A DNA stretch of 59,646 bases, the filler included, from Sphacelaria rigidula (taxonomy: Eukaryota), in NCBI GenBank assembly GCA_964200075.2. It is 8 parts of 8 records of this genome, joined end to end, with 100 filler letters (N's around TTAATTAATTAA, not from the genome) between each part and the next. Parts side by side here need not be neighbours in the genome. Positions count along the whole stretch, not along the records: positions 29,876 to 37,243 come from CAXNAA020015227.1; positions 37,344 to 44,711 come from CAXNAA020015228.1; positions 44,812 to 52,179 come from CAXNAA020015229.1; 5 more parts are not named here. One strand, given 5' to 3'. The stretch's first letter is position 1. Every line of letters starts with the position of its first letter. A program made the position numbers and the translations under genes. Below are positions 35,001-46,481 of this stretch, piece after piece. The notes beneath the pieces were generated by a model. That model searched no databases, was not told where the DNA came from, and worked only from the letters and a program-made list of their open reading frames with translations.

Positions 35001-35727
35001 AGACTCGTCATGTTTCATGTCGTTCTCCGAATGCGACGCTTAATTCCCTGCGACATGTCAATCAGCCCTTTGCGTTGAACTTGTGGCGACCGCGGTTGTC
35101 CCCGAAATATCAGGGAAAAAGCTACGTGGTCAGCCATAACTCAAGAAACAGATCATTTGGAATTTCGGAAGGAATCTGCCACTGATTGTCCAGAGTTGGT
35201 TCCGGCGACGGTTGCGGACCCATGCACGAAAAGTACGTGTGTGAAGAGCGTCTCGGGGGTGCCAGCAGGTTGCTTTGCCTTCCGGTAATGAGAGCAGAAC
35301 CACGTAACAGTGCGGAGCTACGATTATCCTAGAAAATCCAACTGTACGAACGGGTCACGGCTTTCGAGGAAAAAATTTGTGAGCACCGACTACTGTAGTA
35401 CTCGACATTTCAACAGCACTAATGCACGACAGGACCGCGCACTGAAGGCAGAGCGCTACAGCGCTGCGCACGGAACGCCAAAGTAAATCAAATAACGACA
35501 TGCAGAGGCAGCGGCTCCCGATCTTTTCGGTTTTTATCACAGTGGATGCAACATTGCCTTGTGACAAGAGTTTGTCATACAGCTGGCAGCGTCCAACCCG
35601 TTGCCAAGATTCAGATTCCGTGTGAAACGTAAATGGGACAGAGTACTTATATGCAGTCCGTGAGCGCAGAATGCAACATGTCCATACACCTAGACAATCC
35701 CCACACTGTGAAGTCGCGTCATCTCAC

Positions 35728-36000
35728 CTTGGCGAATGCAGCCATGCGCGGCTCGTCTCCATTACCGATAATCTCCAGCCCAATCTTATCGAGGCCCAGC
35801 AGCCCCAACGTCAGACCAGAGAACAACCCCGAAGCCACCACCAACACCACAATGAGTAAATACTGGAGTAGTGTGACCCATGCTGGCGAATCTTCGTCGT
35901 CATCCTGGATTGGGCTAGTATCCGAAGACGTAGCTTCTTGAGCCAACGCGAGGTGTGGCCCAGCGCAACACAAGGCGAACAGTAGGGTGACACTTCCCAT
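35728..36000 (-). CDS. CNNM/DUF21 protein, probable first coding exon
   Basis: Signal-peptide-like MGSVTLLFALCCAGPHLALA, then LIVVLVVASGLFSGLTLGLLGLDKIGLEII (DUF21 SGLFSGL motif); the AAG|GTGAGA donor joins in frame to the exon at 30497. An upstream in-frame ATG (~36231) is also possible. Confidence 0.9.
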
Positions 36001-37148
36001 CAAGAAAGGCCGGCTGGTGGATGCGTTGGACCGTGTACGGGGAAAAGGGGCATCGGTGTAACATGTCTGTACTGCGCCATGGGCCCGAGATTGAGCCAGT
36101 GTCACCGCGCTGGAAGATGGAGGTTTTCTAGAAAAGTTATGTGCCCCCCCCCGGGGGGGCACACCGGGGACGCGGCGTGAGGATAGCGCAGGTTCAATCA
36201 CACAGGCAGTGGTGCCTGGAGAACATTCCATGGAATTGGAAACGTTCGTGTGCGGGATGCTGCGATGCCGTACCAGCGTACTATACAAGAGGCTTCGTTG
36301 GCCTATATGCGACGCCAGAGGGCAAGGCAAATGAGAATTCGAAATTCCTCGTTATGATTAAGTCGCGAACGTTGTAGGTTTAGCCATTGGACAATTAAAC
36401 ACGGAACCAGACAGTCTCACGGCACACACACTCGAGTGTTCGAGTTGCTATTGCATACACCCACGGCGGTGCAGTCCACCGGCTCTCTTTTCGCGGAAGT
36501 AATGAATACTTTGGATGAGTTCTGAGATCATGCTTCTGAGTAGAGGGCTTCTAGTCTCGAAAACGGCATATATATTACGACAACAGACAGAGGTGCAGTA
36601 CCGTGTCGCGTGAGCTTTATATCCTCGACATGAAGAAGAGGTGGTGTAAGCATTGAATATAGCTTGCGGGGGTACCGCTGGTAGGCGGCGGCCCTTTAGG
36701 CTCTATCACGACTCTGAGCAAAGGACATGGAATAAGAGGCCCTCCGCTGACGCCATACTCTTTCGCTCTGAGACGCACGCATCGATATGATTAGGCCTCG
36801 GATAATAGAAATACAGGACGAGTACTCTACGGTAGTTTATGTGGAAAGAGTTCTCCGATCGTGCGCCCCCCACCTGAGGGGGGTTCCAAGTAGCGATCGA
36901 AAAGCCTGGCATAGTAGCCAGCCTTCAGCACGTATTAGGCGCAGCAGCATACTCATCCATGTTTGCTTTGCGACTCTACTCACTGCATGGTTTCGCGCTG
37001 TCTTGTTGCTCCTGTTTTCTTTCATCTGGTAACTGCGCCTGGCACGAGAGAACAGTTGTTGGCCCATTGATCGCGAGGAGGGTAGGTAATCTGGCCATGT
37101 TGTTGTTGTGTTGTCGTCCCATTTATTCTGGGCACCAGTGAGCCGGTC

Positions 37149-37243
37149 GCCCGGGTGGCTCAGTTGGTAACCTCGTAACCTTCTGATGGTTGGGTTGTGG
37201 GGTTCGATTCTCGGAGTGATCTGGGAATTTTTCTTCCACCATG
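37149..37243 (+). mobile_element. tRNA-derived SINE head (same family as 13774-14130), cut by the contig end
   Basis: A-box TGGCTCAGTTGG, anticodon-like arm TAACC-TTCTGAT-GGTTG and B-box GGTTCGATTC, with no closing acceptor stem; downstream TCTGG(G)AATTTT matches the 13774 copy. Confidence 0.7.
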
Positions 37244-37343
37244 NNNNNNNNNNNNNNNNNNNNNNNNNNNNNNNNNNNNNNNNNNNNTTAATTAATTAAN
37301 NNNNNNNNNNNNNNNNNNNNNNNNNNNNNNNNNNNNNNNNNNN
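37244..37343. other. Artificial contig spacer
   Basis: N44-TTAATTAATTAA-N44. Confidence 0.99.
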
Positions 37344-39179
37344 CCCCCCCCCCCCCCTTCCCTTGTTCTGAAGGGGAGGGGGGGTCTAGGGCCCCCCGAC
37401 AAGGGCAAACAACAAATGGTCCCCCCCCCCCCCCCCCCCCTCCCCTTTTCACTATGCATCGAACTTGTTGAAAGAGATGGATGAACAGGATCACCACTTG
37501 ACTGAGACTTGATGCAATTACAAGGTTCGATACACCCGCAAGTTATGGATATCGCGTTTAACTTTTTGGGAGTTTTGGTAGGCTCGCTTTTAACCGTAGG
37601 TAAAATAGTCAAGATTTTCTTCGGGTTTGTTCGTCTCAATCCAAGACGTAGTGGGAGCTTCGCATGCTATCCGGGCACACAGTTCGACCTTCCGATCCAC
37701 CAGTGTCGAAGCATATCAATCATCAATGGGCACCAACAATTCACATTTCAAACCGTCTGTGCGGTGTTGCGTAGTGCTGCAGTCTACGTACTTTTTCCCG
37801 ATGAAGCGCAACGGAGTTGTACTGTTCATATACCTCAACATTGAGGAACCGAAGCTGATGAGCGCCCAGATGCAAGGCTGTCAATAGTGATGGATAATGA
37901 AGAATATCGCAGAAGAAGCAACGACCAGCGTAGCGATTCGCGTGGAAAATGCGTGCATATTTTACTGACGTCATTGCTCTGCGAACTCAACTGTACTGCT
38001 TCGTGCGGCTCTCAGGCTATGTGGGCTCTGTTCAGGGGGTCGCGGACCTTCTTTTCAAGGAATACTCATACGTCCTTCGCTCTGCCCAAATCCCAACCCA
38101 GATTCTGCACGGCAGTCTTGTGCTCTCGTCACTGAACAACAGCACCCTCATTAAAAGATCATGTTGGACACGAGGACTGATGAACGCAGCCTTTAGTTGC
38201 CACTGGTCACAATACCCTACTCTACGTCACAGTAAGGGGTTGCAGCCTTGACCTACGCACTGCATCAGGGTAGCGGTAGGAGTTGATGATGGTGACAGCT
38301 TTTGATAACTTACTGTTCTTGTTTCGAGCCGCAGTACTGCACAGCTGTAGATATCTCTCAATGTTCGGCGGAGTGCTGAGTTCATTTTGTGCCACGACTG
38401 ACTGAGAGAGGCAGCACGTGCAGGTTCTGATACCGTTCTTACAGACGGGTGTATTCTGCGCATCATAGTGGCAACGCGACGATCTAAGTGACTGACAGGG
38501 CGTTGACCAACCCCGCCGAGCTTGCTGGGTAAATTACCCATCGCCCCCTAGTCTTGAACAAACACAAATCGATCGAAGTACAGCAGAGTGTGTGCTTGGA
38601 GAATGTTTGTTCCCGAAGAGTTGTGAATACTGAAGAAGAAGCTGACAGTGGATTCACAACTTGAAGAACGTTACAGCGTTTCAGAAACTTCGAACAAAGA
38701 ATCACCCCGAGGCACTGCGCCGAAACTTTTACGCAAAATACTGTCGATAATTTTCGGCGCAAGCGATGAATGTTGCCCATTCTCAGGTGCTCTATGGACT
38801 CAGACACAACATGGATGAGCCAGTTGCTTGGTCGCAGTAAAAGTAATCGGGGTGTTTTTCAACCTCGACGCTATTCATGTCAAATAATTCATTCTCCGCG
38901 TGGAAAGATGGCCCTTGCTTGCCCAAGTAGCTTTTTGATACAATGATTTCGACGAAATCTTTCCGACCTCACGGCTGTCTGCGGCGTGGGCATCACCCAC
39001 TGATGAAAAACAAATTGACGACCCGCGGTGGGTATACTCCGCATTGCACTTACGTTGTTGGAGTGCATAGATGAACAAAGACCACAAGTCTCATGCTGTA
39101 GGCAGTTGGTCTCCACGGCTTTTCGAGTTGAAGTTCGTAGCGATCAACACTATTATAGCAGGGTGGATGGTCGTTGCAG

Positions 39180-39282
39180 CCTGCTAGCCCTGTACCCTCT
39201 GAAGAGAAATTCGCGGCCAATAAAATCTCAAGAACATGGGATCAACCATGAGGATCTGAGTGGTCTGCCGTCTGAAAGACAG
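39180..39282 (+). CDS. Candidate kinase exon with GC donor
   Basis: TGCAG acceptor; LLALYPLKRNSRPIKSQEHGINHEDLSGLPSERQ; CAG|GCAAGT donor in phase 0 joins to 39791. Confidence 0.45.
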
Positions 39283-39790
39283 GCAAGTAGTTGACAATGT
39301 TTGTGACTTGTATCGCTGAAACCTGTTGGGGCCGATGGTTGAGGGTTGGAATCCTGGCGGACGCATTTCGAGATTTTTGTGAGAAGTATCTATTTTTTTC
39401 GTCGTTGAAAACGCGAGGACGTGAGTAAAAAACAAAGATTATTGAGCACGAGTTGACGCCGCGTGGCAGTGCTGGTCCGATCCCCGTGTGCCGGTGGAGA
39501 GGTAGATCGATCCCGAGGAAGGGGAGGTTGTGAAGGTTTCACGAAAAACAAATGGTCTACCTGGTTGTAGATCGTCCCAATCGCCAAGGGATCACCCACT
39601 GTAGCACTGGGTAGATATACTCGCGGGTGGATTCCGATCAATATTTTGGATGCTGTATCTGAACGGTGGATATCCTGGCGCGGGGACTATGAAATGAAAC
39701 TACTCGCGATTTTCGATCCTCCCCAAGCTTACACGAACATTGCCTTCCGTTCTGCCCGTCCGCCCGGTCCGTCGCTCCTCTCTTCGCCAG

Positions 39791-41806
39791 ACGTGCAAGT
39801 TCATCAGGTCCATGATCGATCCCAACCCCAACAAGCGACCCCACATGTGTGAGGTGGTCGCAGCGTTCCTTTACCTATCGGTTCGGGTCAAGAAGGCCAC
39901 TCCGACCAGAACATCGTTGCCCGCGCACTCGAATCCGCACCCGCCGTCCGTACAGTCACCCCATCCTGTGCCGCTCGCTGCGACGCGAGTATTCGACAGC
40001 AAGGTGTCAGCCATCGGCGGCAATGCGAGGGCGGGGCTTACAACGCCGACAGATAAGATTCGCACCGCGGCAGCCGTTGATGTTGTTGCCCCCGATCGCA
40101 CCTTTGGTGGCCTCCCCGCCCGTACACCAGAGACAGCGGTGAGAAGGTGGAGTGGCTGTTTCCAGTATCAACCGCAGTCGCCCGGTGTGCGCTTCCTGGC
40201 GAATAACGAAATATCTACCAACGCTGAGCCGTCGGCACATCGATACCCGTCATCGCCGCCGCCGCCGCCGGTGCGGCAGGTGCACTCCCCCAAGCCCGCA
40301 CGATGTTGGCCGGCGGGGACTGTGGACGATTCGATGGCGATAGTTGCAGGGGGGTGCTCAGGGGGTTGGTGGGCACGGGCGACGGGATTGACTACTGCTG
40401 GGGGTAGCACAGTCGTCTCTGTCAACCATAGCCCATACCATGACTGCTTATCCGTCGGTGTGCCGACGCCGACGGGACGTGAGATTAGTGTCGGGCAACG
40501 AGTGTGCCCGCCGTCCAGTCATGAGGGACAGGTCGCTTCCGACGCCGGGCGACTTCAGCGTCACATTCGACGAAAGGAGACACCGATGCACGAGGGATCA
40601 GCGGCCACGGGCACGACCCGTTCGACATCTCGGTGCCCGCCTGCACCATCGCCCGTACAATTTTTGGACTCTAGCCCGTTTTTTCAGCAGACGGAACTGG
40701 AGGGCCTCGCTTTATCGTCGGTGGCTTCCGGTGGCGCGGGAGGTTCTCCTGCAGCTGCTGACCTTGAGTCCATGCGGCAAAGTTTACCGGTCGCTGAAGG
40801 AGCTTTGGTACGAGGGTCAGCCGGCTCCAGTCAGCAACAGCAGCCGCCCCAAGCGCCCCCACTGGCACATGTGCGAGATCTAAGCACCAGCGAAGGTGAA
40901 CACGATTCCCGCCGGAGTATGGTAATGGCGACGTACCGTACGGGCGTATTGGGGTCCCGTCCACTTCCCACGCAGACCTCCGGTAGCAGCCATAACCACA
41001 GCGATTGTGCCCTGCCGGGCGGGAAGGAACACGGGCAGAGGGGCGTCGAGGCTTCGCCGACCGCTACTCCCAGTACGCGGCGGCGGTTAGTTCGGTGGTC
41101 GGATGACAATGAGGGGCGTGACACGGCCATGAAGTGCTCTGGGCTTCGGGTTAAGGCAGCACTGCCCCGTGAAGGCCCTCTCACCGACCCTTGCACAACA
41201 ATGGTAGCACTAGAGTCAACCTTCCTCGAGGAGAACATAATGAGGGAGTCTGCACGATTGAAGCAGGTCGAAGCCGAGCTCAAGGCTCTAATCGGAGTTG
41301 CCGGGGGAATGTCGGTGTCAGCAGATAGTGAAAATCCTGTGGCATCGGTACCAGCGGCGGTGAGTGTTCCTCGGCCTTTTACCAAATGTATCCCGTACTC
41401 GGCGCAGTCGCGAAACCATCTGGCCGAAGGAATCCTGAAAGATGTGCTTGGCATGGCAACGGATGGCACCGGCGTTTGTATGCCCGACAAACGGCAAATC
41501 AACGCCAAGACGACAATTATCGATACTCCAGCAGCAGATGACGGAGGGGGCAGCGCCGGGAGAGAGGCGGCACTCGTTTCGATCCAAGCCCGCGGGCGTC
41601 GCTTATCAGGTTCCAACCGTCGCCGCCGGTCTATGGCGCAGTGTGGGCAGGACGGGGTGGTGGTTGAAGAGACTGCCCCCGTGCTTGAACCTGATGCGAC
41701 CCACGATGGCAAAGGAGGGGATAGGGTCTGGCAGTCGTGTGGTGATGCGGAGGTGGACATTGCATCGGGGCTGGAGTTGGCTTGGGTCGTGCAGACGGAT
41801 GGTTAG
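39791..41806 (+). CDS. Large exon: probable protein kinase subdomain XI followed by a ~650-aa low-complexity tail
   Basis: 688-codon ORF; pyrimidine tract plus CAG acceptor at 39790; starts TCKFIRSMIDPNPNKRPHMCEVV, matching the kinase L..ML..DP.KRP...EV motif. Confidence 0.75.
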   Translation, partial: TCKFIRSMIDPNPNKRPHMCEVVAAFLYLSVRVKKATPTRTSLPAHSNPHPPSVQSPHPVPLAATRVFDSKVSAIGGNARAGLTTPTDKIRTAAAVDVVAPDRTFGGLPARTPETAVRRWSGCFQYQPQSPGVRFLANNEISTNAEPSAHRYPSSPPPPPVRQVHSPKPARCWPAGTVDDSMAIVAGGCSGGWWARATGLTTAGGSTVVSVNHSPYHDCLSVGVPTPTGREISVGQRVCPPSSHEGQVASDAGRLQRHIRRKETPMHEGSAATGTTRSTSRCPPAPSPVQFLDSSPFFQQTELEGLALSSVASGGAGGSPAAADLESMRQSLPVAEGALVRGSAGSSQQQQPPQAPPLAHVRDLSTSEGEHDSRRSMVMATYRTGVLGSRPLPTQTSGSSHNHSDCALPGGKEHGQRGVEASPTATPSTRRRLVRWSDDNEGRDTAMKCSGLRVKAALPREGPLTDPCTTMVALESTFLEENIMRESARLKQVEAELKALIGVAGGMSVSADSENPVASVPAAVSVPRPFTKCIPYSAQSRNHLAEGILKDVLGMATDGTGVCMPDKRQINAKTTIIDTPAADDGGGSAGREAALVSIQARGRRLSGSNRRRRSMAQCGQDGVVVEETAPVLEPDATHDGKGGDRVWQSCGDAEVDIASGLELAWVVQTDG

Positions 41807-44134
41807 CCGGGGTGCTGGGTCTCGTCATTTGGTGGCGACGGGGGCGCAGTGATTGAACGATATTGGAGATATATTTTTAATCAAGCAAGCTGTGATCGTG
41901 CTTTTTGGGGGCGAGAAGGACACGATGCCTGAAACAAGAAAGTTTGGCGACCTTCTTTCTTGTCGTGGTGGCTTTCTGTTCATGTTCACAACAGATCAGA
42001 CTATCATAATTGCTTGTTTCATTCCTTCTGTGAATGCATCACGTGTGCAACGTGTGGCGATCAGTGGCTAAGGCGACGTCGACTACCGGCGAGCACTAGA
42101 TATAATTATCATTTTTCGTATGTATGGCAACCACTATGCCGGGTGCTGGCGTTTAAGCTGAGGTTGGTTTGTGAGAGATCCCTGGGTGTGCCGTAGGTTG
42201 CGCGGCGGCGTTCATTATTGTTGCATGGATGTGACTCAGGCGACAAAACGATTTAAATAAGGAGAACGCGAGCACATCCCGTACGTTACCGTGCACATGT
42301 GGTATGTGCAGGGGGCGTTGTGTTTCAGTTCAAGACGTATTTATTCATTTCGTGTGTGTGTTTAAAGGTAAGAGCAGTTTACCGTTTTGTGCTATGGGTG
42401 CAATCCAAAGGTCATCGCTTCGTTTAATGTATCGCGGAATTACTGAAATCCTCAAGTAGACATCGTTGATGGTAAAAATTCCTAGTGTGTGCTGTATTCG
42501 GGCGTACAAAGGCTGTTCTGCTTTGCGTCCCGCGAATGAGAGGAATGCAAAAAATCGAAATAGCGCCATTACTAGGTCGCTCATTTTTATTCCTCGGAAT
42601 TGGGCGAGACGTAAACAAATGAGAGTAGAATTCGAAGTAGGTTCGGTGCTGTTGGATATCGGAGTATGAGAGGATACTGTTTCGTCTCCTACGTGCTGTT
42701 GTCTCGCCCTTCCGATAAATGGCCACATTTTATATTTATTATGGCTCCCAGTGAGCGCCTGTATGTGTCAAAATTACGGAGATTTGTGTGTTGGGGTGTG
42801 AAGTGAGCAGATAGACTTCTTGTGTTGACGGAGAAGTTCGCACTTCAGCTAGGAGAACCGGCAGCGAGCGAGAGGTTCGATGCATTTTTTATTTTGAATC
42901 CAGAAACACATTTTTCTGACCTACGTGAGGCGCAGCATTCCTGTATGCATCTAAAGTACAGCGTCACATACTGGCTATCACTGACCTTTTCCGGTGTGCC
43001 CTGAATCACTGACGTGGTCCTTTACAATGTAGCCTCGGGGCTACTCTATTTTATCCTCATTCAGACTCGGTGTTCGGTTCTCGAGCCGTTCTTGTTGCTG
43101 TGCGCTTAGCTAAATCATTCTGAACGTGCTGAAGAATCTCCACTTGCAACTGTACTCAAAATGATACGCCCAGTGCGTTATACACGACACATGTCTTACG
43201 TAAGCATGTGGCTACAGGCTCTCCCATGAGAATATTATGGCGGTTGAGTAGGAGCTCAAACGCTCAATCTCGGCGTGTTAGTACTGAATTAAGATGCCCA
43301 CTATCATCAATGCACTCAAAGCCGCCTGTTCAAACTACCCGCCAGTTATTCGATCGTGGGTGCGTACTCCAGGTTGGCAAGCTTCTTCAAATGTCTTCCG
43401 GTCTACACTTGGGCTTAATTTCCACATGCCTCGTATGTCCCCTGAATCCTGTGATGGCTGCTCACTGGATCGCAACGGGATTGGCTCATGCCCACGGGGT
43501 TACATCCAACGGTAGTCCCAGCCCCCCTAGGAAACCTTTGATGCGCAGGCCGTGTCTCATGCCACGCACCATTACCGTCCATTCCACCTCAGATCTTGAC
43601 AACGCGACTGAATCTTTCATTTTGCATGCCCAGGTAATGAATAACTTGACAAGCTCCAGCGTAATTCTGCGCCCTCCGCGCAGTCGGCGTCTGGTCAGCC
43701 CGTAGTGACTTCTTGCTTGCTCTTCGTGTCGCCAGCACTCTAACGCGAAATAGTATGTTGGAGTCCTCGCCAGTGTCGAGGGGAAGCGTAGGCGACCCGG
43801 CGCCCATTTTCGCAAATGCCATTGGAGATATCTGGTTTTTTCTTACCTGCTCGGAGCACAGGTCTCCCTAGAGTTGGCGCTCAAGGAACACGAGAGGGCT
43901 TCAACTTTTCATTATACTCCCAACTAGCTCGAAGATCCACGCCCGGGTCGAGAGGTGTCCTGGGTTCTGCGTATGCCGGCCGAATCCCTCCCTCCCCGAA
44001 CAATGCTCCCGGGGTACCGTGGTCGAGACTTGTCCTAGGTTTGAGTACACTGACCGAATCCATATATCCCGCAATCATGCTTTCGGCGCACGGTGTTGTA
44101 CCCCGGGTAGGGCCGTGCTTTTCCATCTTGATAC

Positions 44135-44374
44135 GAGTGATACCGCACAAGACCCTCCCTAACCAGCCCCAGAACTGTCACGAAGAAGACGATCATGCAG
44201 TGCATGATAGCTTGTTTCATATTGCATGAAGCGCCTCATATGGCGACTTCGGCGAAAGTGATCCCAAGCGTGGGAGTGTCCAGCTGTGCTCGGCAGTTGT
44301 CCGATTGATTCACATGTGCATTTTGCCTACTTAAACCAGCCACTCTTCTAGGGGGAGCTATCGCGGCATCGTTC
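44135..44374 (+). mobile_element. MITE family G, divergent copy
   Basis: Body matches 10962-11210 (AACTGTCACGAA..TGCATGAAGCGCCTCATA..CCCAAGCGTGGGA); termini GAGTGATACCGC / GCGGCATCGTTC; perfect 4-bp TSD ATAC. Confidence 0.8.
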
Positions 44375-44711
44375 ATACTGTCACCGAGTGGTTTATTCGG
44401 CACGCCCAGGCCGTGATCCCACACGCGCTCGGAAAAAGTACACGCATGCACTCCATCTCGTTGTCGTCGTAGCCAGTGAGAAACGTAATCAACATGACTC
44501 ACAAGAACGGCGACTGGTAGCTACCGGTATCTCGCGTCAGGCAAGAGCATGTGGTGGCCTTGTCAAAGTGAATGGCGATCGAAAAATTGAAAATATGACA
44601 CTTATCCCCAATCCGCAGGTCAGCGGTCATATGACTACGGTAAACAGTGTTTTCGTGAGATTGAGAGTAGATGATACGATTGAGAGTGGCTTTGATCATT
44701 CGCTTTAAGTG

Positions 44712-44811
44712 NNNNNNNNNNNNNNNNNNNNNNNNNNNNNNNNNNNNNNNNNNNNTTAATTAATTAANNNNNNNNNNNNNNNNNNNNNNNNNNNNNNNNN
44801 NNNNNNNNNNN
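44712..44811. other. Artificial contig spacer
   Basis: N44-TTAATTAATTAA-N44. Confidence 0.99.
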
Positions 44812-45937
44812 AGAGATGGGTTGATCCCTTGAGACCACGGACCCATCCCGAGGAAGGGGAGTGGTTCAAAGTGCGAACAAGAAAAACTGAGTCTGATGCT
44901 CATGGTGAATGGATATCAATACTATATCGTGACGGTACTATACATTGTTTCATAATTCATATCGAAGATCGTTCATAATAATGTTCCACGTCCAAACAAG
45001 CAGAGACGGGAAAAAAAAAGGAAGGGGAGGAAAGAAGACAACAAAAAGTGGGGGGTCGCAGGAGGCAAACAAAATTTTCACATATCTGCCCACGCACAGG
45101 GATCTGAAACACTTCTCTGCACTGCCGAATGACAGTTTCGAAATCGGTGTAGAGGGTGAGGCAGGTATCAGGGCCTGGTGTTAAGAACATGTCATACCAT
45201 ACCGACACCGACCCAATCGGGTATTTCAAATGTCATACCTACGATACCTACGATACTACGGTATTGCGAGATGCTAGTACCTACCGTACCCGCTCAATCG
45301 GGTATTTTCAAAACTCATATCTACGATACCCACGCATACCACGGTATGGGACACCCCGGTGAATACGGGCGGTACGCTCGGTACTGGACCTAAGCTACGG
45401 TTCCTGTGGAAGGTTTTGCTGATCAGACCCGCAATAGTTATGAACGCGAAACACGACCGACCATGGAAGTTCGAAATATTGGCGCCTGGAGCCTGTCGGC
45501 CTGTCTAATGACGAGTCATGCCACATGGAGTACTTGTGGGCAGCTGGCTGCAGGAGGCGCATAAAGAAGTATCGCAACTAACTTTATGCGCGTGCTATGC
45601 GCGGTTTCAAGCACGTTAAGCTCGTTTCATGTATATCAACTGAGCTGGTTATAGGTTTTGCGATGAAAAGGCCTACTTGAGCTTGAAACCCCCAAAATAA
45701 GCTAAACTTTATGTGCGCTAACGGAACTAAAGCCTACTTGATCTCGCGGTGGAAACCCCTCTTATAGCAAACAACTCAACGCGACCACTTTTCCCAAGAA
45801 GTCGGAAGGGCTGGAAAGAACTTTCCCATAATCGAGTTAGACGATAGAAGCACTGGGTCTTGTCAGCTGCAGCGTTGGCGAGGGGAAACACGGACGATCG
45901 CATCGAGAGACTTTCGAGCTCAATATAACACTTCTTT

Positions 45938-46023
45938 TGTTCGTCAGAGGGGTTTCAACGCTAGACCAAGACCAAGTAGTCGGGTGACTACTTGGTCTAG
46001 TGGTGATATCCCTCTGACGAACA
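45938..46023. repeat. Compact hairpin (~38-bp stem, 4-nt loop)
   Basis: TGTTCGTCAGAGGG..CTAGACCAAG(ACCAAG)TAGTC-GGGT-GACTACTTGGTCTAG..CCCTCTGACGAACA. Confidence 0.8.
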
Positions 46024-46302
46024 GTACCTGTATACCCATGGCCTATGTAATAGGCTTCGCTGATGTGATCACCGCTGCTGCTGCTTACGCTTTCACCGAG
46101 AGGGTAGGTAATCCGTTGAATCGGCACCGCTTTCATTTCATTTATTTCAGTGATGCGGGGTTTGGCGTCGTCAGATATCCTCTCATGATTCGCACCAAGC
46201 ACCCAGAAAGGGTCCTGACTGCTTTCCCTATGTATGTGGTAGGAAAGCTCCGATCGCCCTCAAACTTGGCAGTTCGGTAGGTGTGAGTCGTCGAGACTAT
46301 TT

Positions 46303-46481
46303 CACGGTTAGGACTAATCATCACGACTCAAAATCGCCAAATTCACGATTTCTTCGGCCTGATCGCCTCAAAGACAGAAAAAAGTTTATCGCTGGTCCAA
46401 GGGNNNNNNNNNNGTCACGAGTCGACTCATCATACTAAAACCAAGTACTTTTCAGACGAATCATTATTTGTCCGACCCTTG
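46303..46481 (-). mobile_element. hAT-like MITE family H nested in a family C repeat
   Basis: Same termini as 31844-32080; perfect 8-bp TSD GACTATTT; contains a 10-N gap. Confidence 0.9.

Noticed and set aside
37149-37220. tRNA-Gln(CTG) gene
   Set aside because: The acceptor and T stems do not close, and the downstream sequence matches a dispersed SINE-like body.
40831-41760. 309-aa minus-strand ORF
   Set aside because: Antisense to the 688-codon ORF in GC-rich sequence, with no recognisable motif.
7706-41806. The two kinase fragments as one gene, or a Derlin-CNNM-kinase cluster
   Set aside because: They lie on separate contigs that are adjacent only because of length sorting.
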